DNA from: Eledone cirrhosa
Taxonomy: Eukaryota
Direction: 5' to 3'
Length of the DNA stretch: 64,000 bases
Assembly (NCBI GenBank): GCA_964016885.1
Contig: OZ024741.1
Coordinates: 332,692,001-332,756,000, forward strand
Part shown: positions 27,160 to 42,230 of the stretch, piece after piece
Numbering within the stretch: the first letter of the stretch is position 1
Layout: every line of letters starts with the position of its first letter
Translations under genes and position numbers: made by a program
Notes under the pieces: model-generated
The model's database searches: none
Told to the model about the DNA's origin: nothing
Seen by the model: the letters and a program-made list of their open reading frames with translations, nothing else

Positions 27160-28262
27160 TATATATTTTCATTGTGTGTGCGTTTCCTTTCCACAAAAAT
27201 GTCACTCATAAAATTTAATCTCAAATTAAATTTGTTGATCGACATCTCCATAGGATTATTAAACTATTATTTATTGTTATCAACTATTATTATATTTATG
27301 TGCAATGTGGTGACTATAAATTAATTTTGTGTGTTTCCTCCCCACAAAAATGTCACTCTCGTAGAAATGACCATATATACTTGAATATAAGTCGAGGAAT
27401 ATGACAAAAAAGAAAAATCGATGGTAAAATGGGGAGGGGGGTCTTATATTCGCCATCTAATTATAATGTGTTGATTAGCTGCCTTGGCTTATAAGCAGGG
27501 TTTGAATTTTTGCCCATTTCTCAGTCATAAAATAGTGGGGTTGGCTTATATTCGAGTATATACAGTAATTTCAAACTAAATTTGTTTATCAACATCTCCA
27601 TAGAATTATTAAACTATTATTTATTGTTATCAATTATTATATTTATCTTCAATGTGGTGACTATAATTAAAAATTCCCCAGTGTTTTGTAAGTTCACAAT
27701 ATTTATATATATATATATATATTTTCTGGTGTGTGTATGTGTATGTGTGTGTGTGCGTGTCTGTGTGTGTGTGTGTCTGTGTGTGTGCATGTGTGTGTGT
27801 GTATGTGTTTCCTCCTCTCATAAATTGTCACTCTTATAGAATTTAATTCCAAATTAAATTTGTTTATCAACGTCTCCATAGAATTATTAAACTATTATTA
27901 TATTCATCTGCAATGTGGTGACTATAGTTTAAAATTCCCCAATGATTTCTAAGTTCAATTGTTTATATATATCTTTTTTCTGGTGAATGTGCTTTTTTCC
28001 TCAGTCTGTATGTGAATGTGTGTGAGTGTATGTGAGTGTGTGAGTGTGTGAGTGTGTGTGTGGGAGAGTGTGTGTGTGTGTGCATGTGTTTGTGTGAGTG
28101 TGTGCATGTGTGAGTGTGTGTGTGTGTGTGTGTGTGTATGAGTGTGTGTGTGAGTGTGTGTATGTGCATGTGTGTGTGTGCCACCCGTCAAAAAAATTTC
28201 ATTCTCCTAGAATTTAATTCCTAATTAAAGTTGTTGTGTATCAATATCTCCATAGAATTATT
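27160..28262 (+). repeat. Local degenerate tandem repeat (3-4 units with GT microsatellite)
   Basis: The motif aatttaat.c.aaattaaa.ttgtt...ctccatagaattatt recurs at ~27210, 27570, 27840 and 28210. Confidence 0.7.
27371..27565. mobile_element. Tc1/mariner-superfamily MITE
   Basis: Imperfect TIR CCATATATACTTGAATATAAGTCGA / TTGGCTTATATTCGAGTATATACAG, followed by TA. Confidence 0.7.
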
Positions 28263-28574
28263 TTCAAGCTTCATTTGGCTTTCTCTGTTGATTGTCAAAC
28301 CTGCCAGGCACTTGACAAGCAACCCAAACTTTTGATTCTTATTATTTCATAACACCTTTCTCCTTCTTCCGTCTCATCGTCCACCTCCTTCTCCAAACTC
28401 CACTGGGGCCCATTTTATTTTGAAAGTTTCTAGCTAGGCGAGAGGTATTGGTGTTGTTGTTTTTATATATTTTATTTTATTTATTGTTATTTTATTCATT
28501 TGGGTCTTGTTTTTTCTTATTTGTATTTATTTATGTGTTTATTTTTTAAAATGTGTTTATTTGTGTTTTTAATT

Positions 28575-29195
28575 ATTTATTTGTGTTGTGTTGTGTTGTG
28601 GTGTGTTGTGGTGTGTTGTGGTGTGGTGTGGTGTGTTGTGTTGTGGTGTGTTGTGTTGTGTTGTGTCATGTTGTGTTGTGTTGTATTGTGGTGTGTTGTG
28701 TTGTATTGTGGTGTGTTGTGTTGTGGTGTGTTGTGATGTGTTGTGGTGTGTTATGGTGTGTTGTGTTGTGTTGTGGTGTGTTGTGGTGTGTTGTGGTGTG
28801 TTGTGTTGTGTTGTGTTGGGCTGTGGTGTGTTGTGGTGTGATGTGGTGTGTTGTGTTGTGTTGTGTTGTGTTGTGTTGTGTTGTGTTGTATTGTGTTGTA
28901 TTGTGTTGTGGTGTGTTGTGTTGTGGTGTGTTGTGTTGTGTTGTATTGTGGTGTGTTGTGGTGTGTTGGGGTGTGTTATGGTGTGTTGTGTTGTGTTGCG
29001 TTGTGTTGTGTTGTGGTGCATTGTGTTGTAGTGTGTTGTGTTGTGTTGTGGTGTTTTGTGTTGTAGTGTGGTGTGTTGTGTCGTGTTGTGTTGTAGTGAG
29101 TTGTGGTGTGTTGTGGTGTGTTGTGTTGTGTTGTGTTGTGTTGTGGTTTGTTGTGGTGTGTTGTTTTGTGTTGTGGTGTATTGTGGTGTGTGTGG
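28575..29195 (+). repeat. (GTGTT/GTGTG)n pentamer microsatellite
   Basis: Direct inspection. Confidence 0.9.
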
Positions 29196-29578
29196 TAAAG
29201 AATATTTAAAAGGAAAAAATATATCTATATTTTTGATGATTTCGTAGCTTGGAGAAATTGAGAGAAGTCAAATAAGGTGAAGAAGGGGATGAAGAAGAAG
29301 AAAGAAGGTGAAAATAGAAGAAAGAAAGAAGCCAAAGGCAGAAGAAAGATGGCGAAGAAGACAGAAAGATGGTGAATAATAAGAAAGAAGGCAACGATGA
29401 AGAAAAGAGTAAGATGAAGAATGAGAAAAAGGCAAAGAAGACGAGGAAGACATAGGAGACAAAGAGGAAGAGGAAGAAAAAGAAGAAAGTGAAGGTAAAA
29501 AGAAAGAACAGCGGAGGAGGAAGATAGGAAGAAAAGGGCAAAGAAGAAGAATAGTGAAGAAGTAGGCAAAAATAGAAG

Positions 29579-29609
<31 letters not shown>

Positions 29610-29721
29610 GCCTGAAGGGAGCCAGGGAACATTTTGAGAAACATTAGTGATTTAAATCAGTTTGACAGCAGAAGTTTTGCCAAAGGTATCTCTACCAACT
29701 TCTTTGAAGAACAAGACAGAC

Positions 29722-30480
29722 TCTGTGTGTGTGTGTGTGTGTGTGTGTTCAGTGTGTATATGTGTGTTTGTGTGTGTTTGTGTTCGTGTTTCAGTGTGTG
29801 TCTGTGTGTTTGTGTGTGTGTGTTTCAGTGTGTCTGTGTGTATGTGTATCTGTGTGTGTTTGTATGTGTGTTCTTCTGTGTGTATGTGTATCTGTGTGTG
29901 TGTGTTTCAGTGTGTGTATGTGTGTTCTTCTGTGTGTATGTGTATCTGTGTGTGTGTGTTTCAGTGTGTGTATGTGTGTTTGTGTGTGTGTGTTTCAGTG
30001 TGTGTATATGTGTGTTTTTCTGTATGCATGTGTCTGTGTGTGTGTGTGTGTTTCAGTATGTGTGTGTGCATGTGTTCCTGTGTATGTGTTTGTATGTGTC
30101 TGTGTGTATTTCAGTGAATGTGTGTTCTTTGTGTGTATGTGATTCAATGTGTGTGTGTTTCTGTGTGTGTATGTGTTCCTAGGTGTTTCAGTGTATGTGT
30201 ATTTGTGTATGTGTGTATGTGTTTCTGTGTGTGTATGTGGTTCAGTGTGTGTGTTTGTGTGTGTGTGTATGTGTTTCCATGTGTATGTGATTCCTGGGTG
30301 TTTCAGTGTATGTGTGTTTGTGTGTGTGTTTCAGTGAGTGTGTTTCAGTGTGTGTGTTTGTGTGTGTTTCAGTGAGTGTGTTTCTGTGTGTGTTTGTGTG
30401 TGTGTTTCAGTGCATGTGTGTTTGTGTGTGTTTTCCAATGTATGTATGTGTTTGTGTGTGTTTCAGTGTATGTGTGTGTA
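29722..30480 (+). repeat. GT-rich cryptic microsatellite with TTTCA interruptions
   Basis: Direct inspection. Confidence 0.9.
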
Positions 30481-30572
30481 CTGTTAATAAACTTCAAATT
30501 GCATTTTCTTAAGTTTGAAGAATTGAAATAGAAAACTAAAATGAGAAACTACGTGTAGGAAATACCAAAATG

Positions 30573-33500
30573 TCACCAACCAACACCACCACCACACCAT
30601 ACCGTTACCACACACCATCACACCATCACACCACCACCACACCACACCAACATACTATACCACACACCATCACACCACCACCACATACCATCAAACGATC
30701 ACACCACCACTACACCACACTACCACTATACCTACCACACCACCATACAACACCACCACACCATACCATTACCACACACAATCACACCATCACACCACCA
30801 CACCACACCACACCACCACACCATACCACACACCATCACACCACCACCACACCACCATACCACACACCATCACACCACCACCACACCACCATACCACCAC
30901 CACACCATAGCACACACCATCACACCATCACACCACCACACCACACCACCACATCATACCACACACCATCACACCACCACACCACCATACCACCACCACA
31001 CCATACCACACACCATCACACCATCAACACCACCACCACACCATACCGTTACCACACACCACACACCATCACACCATCACACCACACCATACCGTTACCA
31101 CACACCATCACACCATCACACCACACCATACCGTTACCACACACCATCATCTCAACACACCATCAAACCACCACATTCCACACCACACACCATCACACCA
31201 TCACACCACCACCACAACAGACACACCATCACACCATACTGTTAGCACACACATCACACCATCACACCACCAACACACCACCATACCATACCACACATCA
31301 TCACACCACCACATCATCACACCACCACACCATCACACCACCACCACACCATCGCAACCATCACACCACCACTATACCATACCACACACCATCATACCAC
31401 CCCCACACCACCACCACACCATCACACCACCATACCATCACACCACCACCACACCATCACACCACCACCACACCATTATACCATACCACACACCATCATA
31501 CCACCACACCACCACCACACAACCATAACATACCACACACCATCACACCATCATACCATACTACACCCCATCACACCACCACACCACCACACCACCACCA
31601 CACTACCTCACCACCATACCATAGCACACACCATCATACCATACCACACACCACCACACCACCAACACACCACCATACCATACCACACACCATCACACCA
31701 TCACAACACCACCACACCATCATACCATCACCCCCCCCCCCCAACCACCACTACCACCACATCACACACCACCACCACCACCACATAACACACCACCACC
31801 ACCACCACCACCACATCACCACCACACCACACACCACCACCACCACAACATCATATACCACCATACCGCCACCACATCACACACACCACCACCACCACCA
31901 CCACCACCACGTCACCACCACCACTACCACCACCACCATGTCACCACCACCACTACCACCACCACCACATCACACACCACCACCACATCACCACCACCAC
32001 ATCACACCACCACCACCACCACATAACACACCACCACCACATAACACACCACCACCACATCACACCACCACCACCACCACATAACACACCACCACCACCA
32101 CCACCACCACCACCACCACCACATCACCACCACACCACACACCACCACCACCACCACCACATCATATACCACCATACCACCACCACATCACACACCACCA
32201 CCACCACATCACCACCACATCACCACCACATCACACACCACCACCACCACATCACACACCATCACCACCACCACCACTACATCACCGCCACCACCGCATC
32301 ACACACTACCACCACCACATCACCACCACCAGCACACACCACCACCACCACCACTACCACCACAACCACTTAACCCCACAATCACCGCTACTCCACCACA
32401 ACACCACTACCACACACATCACCACCACCACCACCCACCTCCACACACCATCACAGAACCACCACCACCTTCCCCCACCTCCAACACCACCACACGGCAC
32501 CACCACCTTCCTCCACCTCAACCATACACCACCATGCCACCACACACCACCACCATACACCACTACCATCAGCATCACCACCTACTTCCACACACCACCA
32601 CACCACCCCTACAACACGACCACCACCTCCACACACGACGACCACCACCATCAAACTCCATCACCACCTCCACATACCACCACCCAACCACCACACACCA
32701 CTACCACGGCACCACCACCACACACCACCACCAAACACCACCACCAAACACCACTACTACCACCACACACCACCACACACCACTACCATCACATACCACC
32801 ACACACCACTACCATCACACACCACCACCCCACCACTCACCACACCACTACCACACACACACACCACCGCCACACCACCACCCCACCACTCACCACACCA
32901 CTACCACACACTACCACCACCACACTACCACCACACAACACTACTACTACCACGCACCACCACACACCACTACCATCACACACACACCACCGCCACACCG
33001 TCCCCCTCCCCCACTACAACACCACCACATATCACCCCCCCCCCCCCCACTACAACACCACCACATATCACCACATCACCACACACCACCACCAAACACC
33101 ACCCACCACCACACACCACCACCACACACCACCACCACATCACCACCACCACCACCACCACGTACCATCACCACATCACCACCACACACCACCACCATTC
33201 ACCCTCCCCATCCCACCACAACACACCACCACTACACCACATACCACCACAATGTCCCCCCCCCCCCAAAAAAAACCAGGTCTCACCCACCACTCCACGC
33301 CACCCCCACCACCCCACCCTTCCACCACACTACCATCACTACCACACACTACCACCACCACCATACGCCAACCCCAACACACCACCACTACACCACATAC
33401 CACCATAATCTGCCACCGCACACCTCACCACCATGCCCCCCTCTACCCCCTACCCCCCCTCTACCCCCTCTACCCCCATACCCCCACCCCACCCTACCAC

Positions 33501-33603
33501 CACACTACCACCATACACCACTACCACGACACTACCACCATACACCACTACCACCACACACCACCACCACACTACCACCACTACCACACACTACCACCAC
33601 CAC
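30573..33603 (+). repeat. CAC/CACAC-rich low-complexity tract
   Basis: Direct inspection. Confidence 0.9.
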
Positions 33604-33885
33604 TGACTTGCCCCTCTCTCTGTGTTACAATAGAATTCCTAAGAAGGAGATTTGTGATTTTTCTTCTTTGTAGTGTTTCGAATATTGAGTAATGGGGGGA
33701 GGAGGGGGTCTAAGGGGGCAGAAAATGGTGGTAGGGAGGGAAGGGGGAAGAAAAGGGGGTAATATAGGGGTGGGGAGACGAGGGCTATGGGGTAGGTGGT
33801 GGAGAAATGTGCAGCACATTGGCATCAGTTGGCACTGTGACATGGACAGAATACTGAGAGAACATTTCAATAGAACAATACAGAA

Positions 33886-34421
<536 letters not shown>

Positions 34422-34459
34422 TTCCATTAATAGGCTACAACTTAGGATGAGAGTGTTAC

Positions 34460-35260
34460 TGTTGTTGCAAGTGATGCAGTTGGTATTGCAACTGATGCAG
34501 CTGCTATTGCTGTAACTGATGCAGTTGGTGATACAACTTTTGCAGTTGATGTTGCAACTGATGTAGTTGATATTGCAACTGACATGCAGTTGTTGTTGTA
34601 AGTGATGCAGCTGGCATTGCAAGTGATGCAGTCAATGTTGTAATCGTTGCAGCTACTGTTGTAACTGATGCAGTTGGTGTTACAACTGACAGGCAGTTGT
34701 AGTTGCAACTAAAATGCAGTTGTAGTTGCAACTAACATGCAGTTGTAGTTGCAACAGACATACAGTTATTGTTGAAACTGATGCAGTTGATGTTGCAACT
34801 GATGCATTTGGCGTTGCAACTTATGTACTTGGTGTTGCAACTGACATGCAGTTGTTGTAAGTGATGCAACTGGCATTGCAAGGGCTGCAGTTGGTATTGT
34901 AACTGATGCAGTTGATTTTGTAACTGATGCAGTTGGTGTTGTAACTGATGCAGTTGGTGTTGGAAGCGATGCAGTTGATGTTGCAACCACTGCAGTTGGT
35001 GTTGTAACTGAGGCAGTTGGTGTTGCAAGCGATGCAGTTGATGTTGCAACCACTGCAGTTGGTGTTGTAACTGAGGCAGTTGGTGTTGCAAGCGATGCAG
35101 TTGATGTTGCAACCACTGCAGTTGGTGTTGTAACTGAGGCAGTTGGTGTTCAAGTGATGCAGTTGGTGTTGCAAGTGATGCATTTGTTGCATCTATTATA
35201 GTTGTTGTTGAAAATATTGCAGTTGTCATTGTTGTTGTAACTGATGCAGTTGGTGTTCTT
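34460..35260 (+). repeat. 21-bp-based minisatellite with a 63-bp higher-order unit (x3 at ~34960-35150)
   Basis: gatgcagttggtgttg(t/c)aact monomers; the peptide repeat in the ORF track has a 21-aa period. Confidence 0.8.
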
Positions 35261-35981
35261 ATTGTTGATACTACTGTTGCAAATTTTACAATTGTTGCAA
35301 ATATTGTTGCAAATATTGCTGTTGCTGTTGATGATATTGTTGTAGTTGTTGTTGCAGCTGCAGCAATTGTTGTTGTTGTTGTGACAACTATTGCAATGAA
35401 AGTTATTGTTGAAGTTGTTGTTGTAGTGTGATATTGGTAGGGGAACAGTATATGTGGTGTGGTGCAGTTTGGTGAGTTGTATGGTTGATGGACAGCATAT
35501 ATGTGGTGTAGTATAGAGGGTTGTGTGGTTTATAACTGTATGGAATAATATTTGATGCAACATGGACAATATTTGTGCACGATCTAAGAGAAAAAAGCTT
35601 TAAAGAAAGTGAGTTTGTGGTGTTGTAGATGTGTGCACCAGTAAACATAGCAGGTATGCATAAACTATTTCATGTGAAAACTGGTCAAAGGCTTTACTGA
35701 TTTCAAGGGCGATAACTTTGCTTTCATTTATTTTCTCAAAGGCAAAAATTCTGTTGTATTTGATATGTAAAGGAAAGGTCCTTTGTTGGCTGACTTTGTG
35801 AGATTTCTTACAATAGGAATATCTAAAACCACCAGGAAATGTTTAAAAAAAAGAAAAGAGATAAATCTTTACTATTATGCTTGTCTCCCTTTGGAGGTGA
35901 AATTTATGTTGTTTGTTTCTGTGGTTTTTATGTATTTTGAACGAATATGACCTACAAAACCCATTGGAAATTATTTATGCT

Positions 35982-37618
35982 TTAGTTAACCTTCCCTCAA
36001 GCTGTCAATGTGAGGGCATCATGGGTGCAATAGTTAACCTTCCCTCAAGCTGTCAATGTGAGGGCATCATGGGTGCAATAGTTAACCTTACCTCAAGCTG
36101 TTAATGTGAGGGCATCATGGGTGCAATAGTTAACCTTCCCTCAAGCTGTCAATGTGAGGGCATCATGGGTGCAATAGTTAACCTTCCCTCAAGCTGTCAA
36201 TCTGAGGGCATCATGGGTGCAATAGTTAACCTTCCCTCAAGCTGTCAATGTGAGGGCATCATGGGTGCAATAGTTAACCTTCCCTCAAGCTGTCAATCTG
36301 AGGGCATCATGGGTGCAATAGTTAACCTTCCCTCAAGCTGTCAATGTGAGGGCATCATGGGTGCAATAGTTAACCTTCCCTCAAGCTGTCAATCTGAGGG
36401 CATCATGGGTGCAATAGTTAACCTTCCCTCAAGCTGTCAATGTGAGGGCATCATGGGTGCAATAGTTAACCTTCCCTCAAGCTGTCAATGTGAGGGCATC
36501 ATGGGTGCAATAGTTAACCTTCCCTCAAGCTGCCAATGTGAGGGCATCATGGGTGCAATAGTTAACCTTCCCTCAAGCTGCCAATGTGAGGGCATCATGG
36601 GTGCAATAGTTAACCTTCCCTCAAGCTGTCAATGTGAGGGCATCATGGGTGCAATAGTTAACCTTCCCTCAAGCTGTCAATGTGAGGGCATCATGGGTGC
36701 AATAGTTAACCTTCCCTCAAGCTGTCAATGTGAGGGCATCATGGGTGCAATAGTTAACCTTCCCTCAAGCTGTCAATGTGAGGGCATCATGGGTGCAATA
36801 GTTAACCTTCCCTCAAGCTGTCAATGTGAGGGCATCATGGGTGCAATAGTTAACCTTCCCTCAAGCTGCCAATGTGAGGGCATCATGGGTGCAATAGTTA
36901 ACCTTCCCTCAAGCTGTCAATCTGAGGGCATCATGGGTGCAATAGTTAACCTTCCCTCAAGCTGTCAATGTGAGGGCATCATGGGTGCAATAGTTAACCT
37001 TCCCTCAAGCTGTCAATGTGAGGGCATCATGGGTGCAATAGTTAACCTTCCCTCAAGCTGCCAATGTGAGGGCATCATGGGTGCAATAGTTAACCTTCCC
37101 TCAAGCTGTCAATCTGAGGGCATCATGGGTGCAATAGTTAACCTTCCCTCAAGCTGTCAATGTGAGGGCATCATGGGTGCAATAGTTAACCTTCCCTCAA
37201 GCTGTCAATCTGAGGGCATCATGGGTGCAATAGTTAACCTTCCCTCAAGCTGTCAATCTGAGGGCATCATGGGTGCAATAGTTAACCTTCCCTCAAGATG
37301 TCAATCTGAGGGCATCATGGGTGCAATAGTTAACCTTCCCTCAAGATGTCAATCTGAGGGCATCATGGGTGCAATAGTTAACCTTCCCTCAAGATGTCAA
37401 TCTGAGGGCATCATGGGTGCAATAGTTAACCTTCCCTCAAGATGTCAATCTGAGGGCATCATGGGTGCAATAGTTAACCTTCCCTCAAGCTGTCAATGTG
37501 AGGGCATCATGGGTGCAATAGTTAACCTTCCCTCAAGCTGTCAATGTGAGGGCATCATGGGTGCAATAGTTAACCTTCCCTCAAGATGTCAATCTGAGGG
37601 CATCATGGGTGCAATAGT
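35982..37618 (+). repeat. 48-bp homogeneous tandem minisatellite, ~34 copies
   Basis: Unit atgggtgcaatagttaaccttccctcaagctgtcaatgtgagggcatc; no spacers. Confidence 0.95.
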
Positions 37619-38045
37619 AAAAATTAACAAAACACAACAAAGAGTAAAATAAAATTGGAAATATATGGGAAGTTCAGATTTTTATCATCATCATCATCAT
37701 CTTTGCTTTTGCCTTTTTTTCCACACTGGCATGGATTGGACAGGTTGACACGTTCTGAGGCTAGATAATTCAGGTGACAATATCTTGCTCATATATTCCA
37801 TATTTAGTGGGGTTTCTATAGCTGGATGCCTTTCATAACACCAGCCATCTTACAGATTGTACAGGGTGCATTTTTCTTTCATTGTACCAGCACTACCACA
37901 TCACAGGGTGTACTGTAAACCATATATATACACACAGAGGCATACACACACATATCATCCAGAAGAATATGCAATGTGCTTGCATATGTGTGTGTACTCC
38001 TTGTTGTTATTTACTTTTCCAACATATATATATTATGTTATATAT

Positions 38046-38098
<53 letters not shown>

Positions 38099-38422
38099 TG
38101 TACTCCTTGTTGTAGTTTTTCACACTTAAAGTTGCTGAAACATAGAACAAACTGCCTGCATCAGTTGTTAGCTGCCGGGACAGTGCATCCTTTAAAACCC
38201 TCATGCTTCCTGAAATTCGCCAAAACTACACCTGATGTCCCCCTTCCATACACATGCACACATGACTCATGCACTGTTCATTTTCCTGACGTTTGTACAT
38301 TACCCTATGTACTATACATACACTTTTGATGAGTTGTAGTGCACCTGAGCACTGTACACAATGTTATATATTATATATATGTTATATATTACATATATAT
38401 GTATAGATATATATATTATATT

Positions 38423-38540
38423 AGAGTTCAAATCCCGCCGAGGTTAACTTTGCCTTTCATCCTTACGGAGTCGATAAAACAAAGTACCAGTAATACACTG
38501 GGATAATTGCTGGCCTTGTGCCAAAAGTAGAAACAATTAT
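38423..38540 (+). mobile_element. Meta-like SINE fragment
   Basis: GAGTTCAAATCCCGCCGAGGTTAACTTTGCCTTTCATCC...GTACCAG. Confidence 0.75.
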
Positions 38541-40852
38541 ATATATATATATATACTGTATATATATATATATAGTATAATAATGTGACCTTCCCCAAAT
38601 ATAACAATATATATATATACAGGTTTCTACACAGTTTCAATCTACAATGTCTCTCCTACTGCTATAGTAGGAGAGACTTGTCCAAAGTGGTGCACAGTGT
38701 GATTGATTCCTGAATTAACATGACTGCAAAGCCATCTTCTAAACTCAAAATCATGCTTATAAACAAATGCACAATGGTTCAGCTTGTTTAGCATCAACCA
38801 TTTTGATACCAAACTGCCTGAAACCGCCTTTCTTTCTATAGTATTATATTTATTTAGTCAATTTAAACGTCTGTATAGAGCTAGAACGCTATGGCAGACT
38901 AAGGGAAATATCTAGTACTTCTTATAGTTGAGAAACAAAAAAGAAAGGCAAGGGAAGCTGTAAAGCCGTTAGGAGATTCTGTGGTTTCATAACCGCCATG
39001 TACCAGGTTTTGTCTATATTTTGGATAAATAACTGATTTTAAATGTTTATATTTGTGTAAAAACTTTTCATCATAATTTTATATAAGTACCTTTGTTAAG
39101 TTATGCTCCAAACATTAATTTAATAATTAGAACATTTGTTATATTACTCAATCCCTTTTAATTCAGGATTTAAAAAATATATATCTTTTTAGAAATTTTG
39201 GCAGTCTTTCTTTAGAAAATATGATAAAGAAAGAGTTAAAGTATTAATATTTATCTAAAACTTTTTGATAATTTTATGTAAGAAAATTCTGTTATATGTT
39301 CCAATCACCAGCTAAATAATGAGAAAATTAATTATTTTATCAAATCCCTCCAAATTCTTGGGTATTTTCAAAATGATTTGGAAATTATAGGTAGTGTTTT
39401 TCATTAGAAATATGGTAACAAAAAGGTTAAAGTGTAAATATGGTCACGAAAAATCTTCCATCATAATTTTATGTAAGAACCTTTGTCAAGTTATGCTCCA
39501 GGCATTAATTTGATAATGTGAAAGTTAGTTATATTAGTAAATCGCACCAAATTCTTGATTATTTTCAAAATTATTTAGAAATTATAGGCAGTGTTTTTCA
39601 TTATGGAAGTATGGTAACGAAAGATTTAAATATATTTGTTATATAATTATTCTCCGTATTTTAAGGTGACTGGAGTAGTCTCCCTTACTGTTTTAAGAAG
39701 ATTTTCAAGTCAAACCATTTAGAAATATGTTCATTTGAATATTGATTTCTTCTTAAGTTGGCCTTAAATTTCTCTCTCTTCTTATGGGAAGGGAGTAAAA
39801 ATGGAAAGCGAAACTTTAATGCTCTCCCAAAGGGTATTAGTTGTGGTATTACGTGAAAGTGAAATAAGAATTGAAAGCATATACCCTACTTGACATGTCA
39901 GAAAATTAACTCTTGCTCCACTGCACTCACTGTCAGTAATAATTGTATCAGTAGCATTAATAGCAAATGTGTTGGTATAGAATTAAAAAAGAGTATTCTG
40001 CAGCGTGTTCATACACAGACACACACATGTATATGTGTATGCCTGTATGTGTATGTATAAAGGAATCGAGCTACAAAATCCCAGGCCTCACTGGCTTATT
40101 GAGTATTGTGGAGGTCACCAAATTGGACCAAAGAACCAATGTTCCCACTGGTCCTTCCATTGCTGATACAATCTACTGTACACAACTCCTGGCAGAAAGA
40201 GCAATGTGAAATAAAGTGTCTTGCTCAAGGACATAATGCATTGCCTGGTCTGGGAATTGAACTTGCAACTGCACAATAGAGAATTCAATTCTTTAACCAC
40301 TAAGCAACGCACCTACGCGTGTATGTATATATGCATGTATGTATAAGGTGGTTATGTTGGTGATACAACAAAAAGCATCCAGTCCACTCTGTAAGGTGGT
40401 TGGTGTTAGGAAAGACATCCAGCTGCTGAAAACCAAGCCAGAACAGATTGTATGAGCAGGATGTGGTCACCTCATAACATAACAGCCTATCTAATCTATG
40501 CAAGCATGGAAAATAGATGTTAAATGGAGATGTTGATGATGTATTTGGCTGCTATTTCTAGCAGGTTAAGTGACAGCCTTGAGGTTTCCTTATTGACGTG
40601 ATACACCCTATGTGTTGTTGTGAATGTTGCTGTTTAGCACCAGGTCTAAATTGATTGAGAAGACTCATAATAAAAGGTGTACAAGTTGTGATGACTCCAG
40701 GGATATTTGGCTGCTATTTCTAGCAGGTTTAATAGCCATACACAGGTTTCCTATCTTCTGTAAATGAATTAAAATAACAGCTTCACCCATCTTAGATTTT
40801 TCAGAGCAAATTATTCCAAGAAATGTCAGAAAACAGTGGTTTCTAACGTTTC

Positions 40853-40884
<32 letters not shown>

Positions 40885-41205
40885 GATCAACTCCAGTACT
40901 TGACTGGTATCTTATTTTATTGACCCTGGAAGGATGATATATGCAAAGTTGACCTTGGCAGGATTTGAATTCAGAATGTAAAGAGATAAAACAAATATGG
41001 TAATGATATTTTGTTTGATGCTCTACCAATTCTGCCAATCCACCACCCTTAATAGTGGTTTCTTATTCAGGCTCAAGGCCAGCAATTTCGAGTGGTAAAG
41101 ACAGTTGTTTATATTGACCCTTATACTTGAGAGCTTCTATTTTATTGACCTCTGAAGAATGAAAGGTAAAATTGACCTCAGTAGGGTTTGAATTCAGAAC
41201 TTAAA
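40885..41205 (-). mobile_element. Two adjacent Meta-like SINE copies
   Basis: Homologous to 5992-6152. Confidence 0.65.
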
Positions 41206-41951
41206 TAGCCTAAATAAGGTTAGTAGTTATTATGGGCATTGAATGCGTTGAACAGTTTTCTGTGCAGATATTCTATTCTTATATTCTGTTACTGGTTTTT
41301 GTCATAAAATTGTGGCCATGTTTGGGTATCACCATAAATTTGAACTGATCATTGCCATTACATATTTTTGCCAGTCTGATATTTACTTTATCAACCTCTT
41401 TTGTTGAAATTCTAAGTTATGGGACATGGACACAGACATGGACACACACACATGCATATTATATATAGATATATGCTTATGGCGGGAGTGGAACTATTTG
41501 AATTTCGTCTCCTACCTTCACGTAAATTTCTGAACCAGTAGCCAATCAGTTGATGGCATTGTGATTAGACGTAGGGATTTCAGTTGCTAATCTTTTACTG
41601 TGTTGACTGTCATATTCACTGTCATAGCCGACATGGACTGGAATCGAATTTTGTCGATCGATTGGTTATTGACTAGGTGAAAACCCCTGATGAAGCCACA
41701 TGTGCCGATTGTGCATTGTTGCATAATAAATGCAGACAGTAGATGCTGTGCACTCTATTGATGCATTAAGTGTGGCCGAAACTCGAGGACAGGTATAGAT
41801 TGAAGGTACCCATTTACATGTGTTGTATTGAAGTGAATAACAATGTGTCTACTCGAAGAGCTTACATAACATTACCTATTGAGTACACTGAGGTGCAACC
41901 GGTACTAGCAGTGAAACCCAATCTAGTCCCATCAACTTATTATATATATAT

Positions 41952-42152
41952 CAGATAGGGTGTGGTAAAAAAACCAGGTGGACCATAACCCACCAGAGTA
42001 CTCAATACTTGGGGTAGTAGAGTGGGTAATATGAAAAGAGTCAGGACCCCGATGGCTGAGTTCCAGCTGTTTCGACAGCTAGATCCCTCCGTTTGGATTT
42101 AGCTGTTAAAATAGCTGGACCTCAGCCGTCAGGGTCCTGAATCTTTTCATAT
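41952..42152. mobile_element. Asymmetric fold-back element (family D)
   Basis: Arms 42029-42086 / 42095-42152 and a ~75-nt tail, with (TA)n flanks. Relatives at 26240 and 59243-59330. Confidence 0.7.
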
Positions 42153-42230
42153 ATATATATATATATTTATCCTTATCGAGCCCTCTTTGGATTTTAGTCT
42201 TCAAATTTTTTATTACTATATATATATATA

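Noticed and set aside
35982-37652. CRISPR array, or a 511-aa repeat protein gene
   Set aside because: No unique spacers and a eukaryotic context. The ORF follows from a stop-free 48-bp unit, and one upstream unit has a stop.
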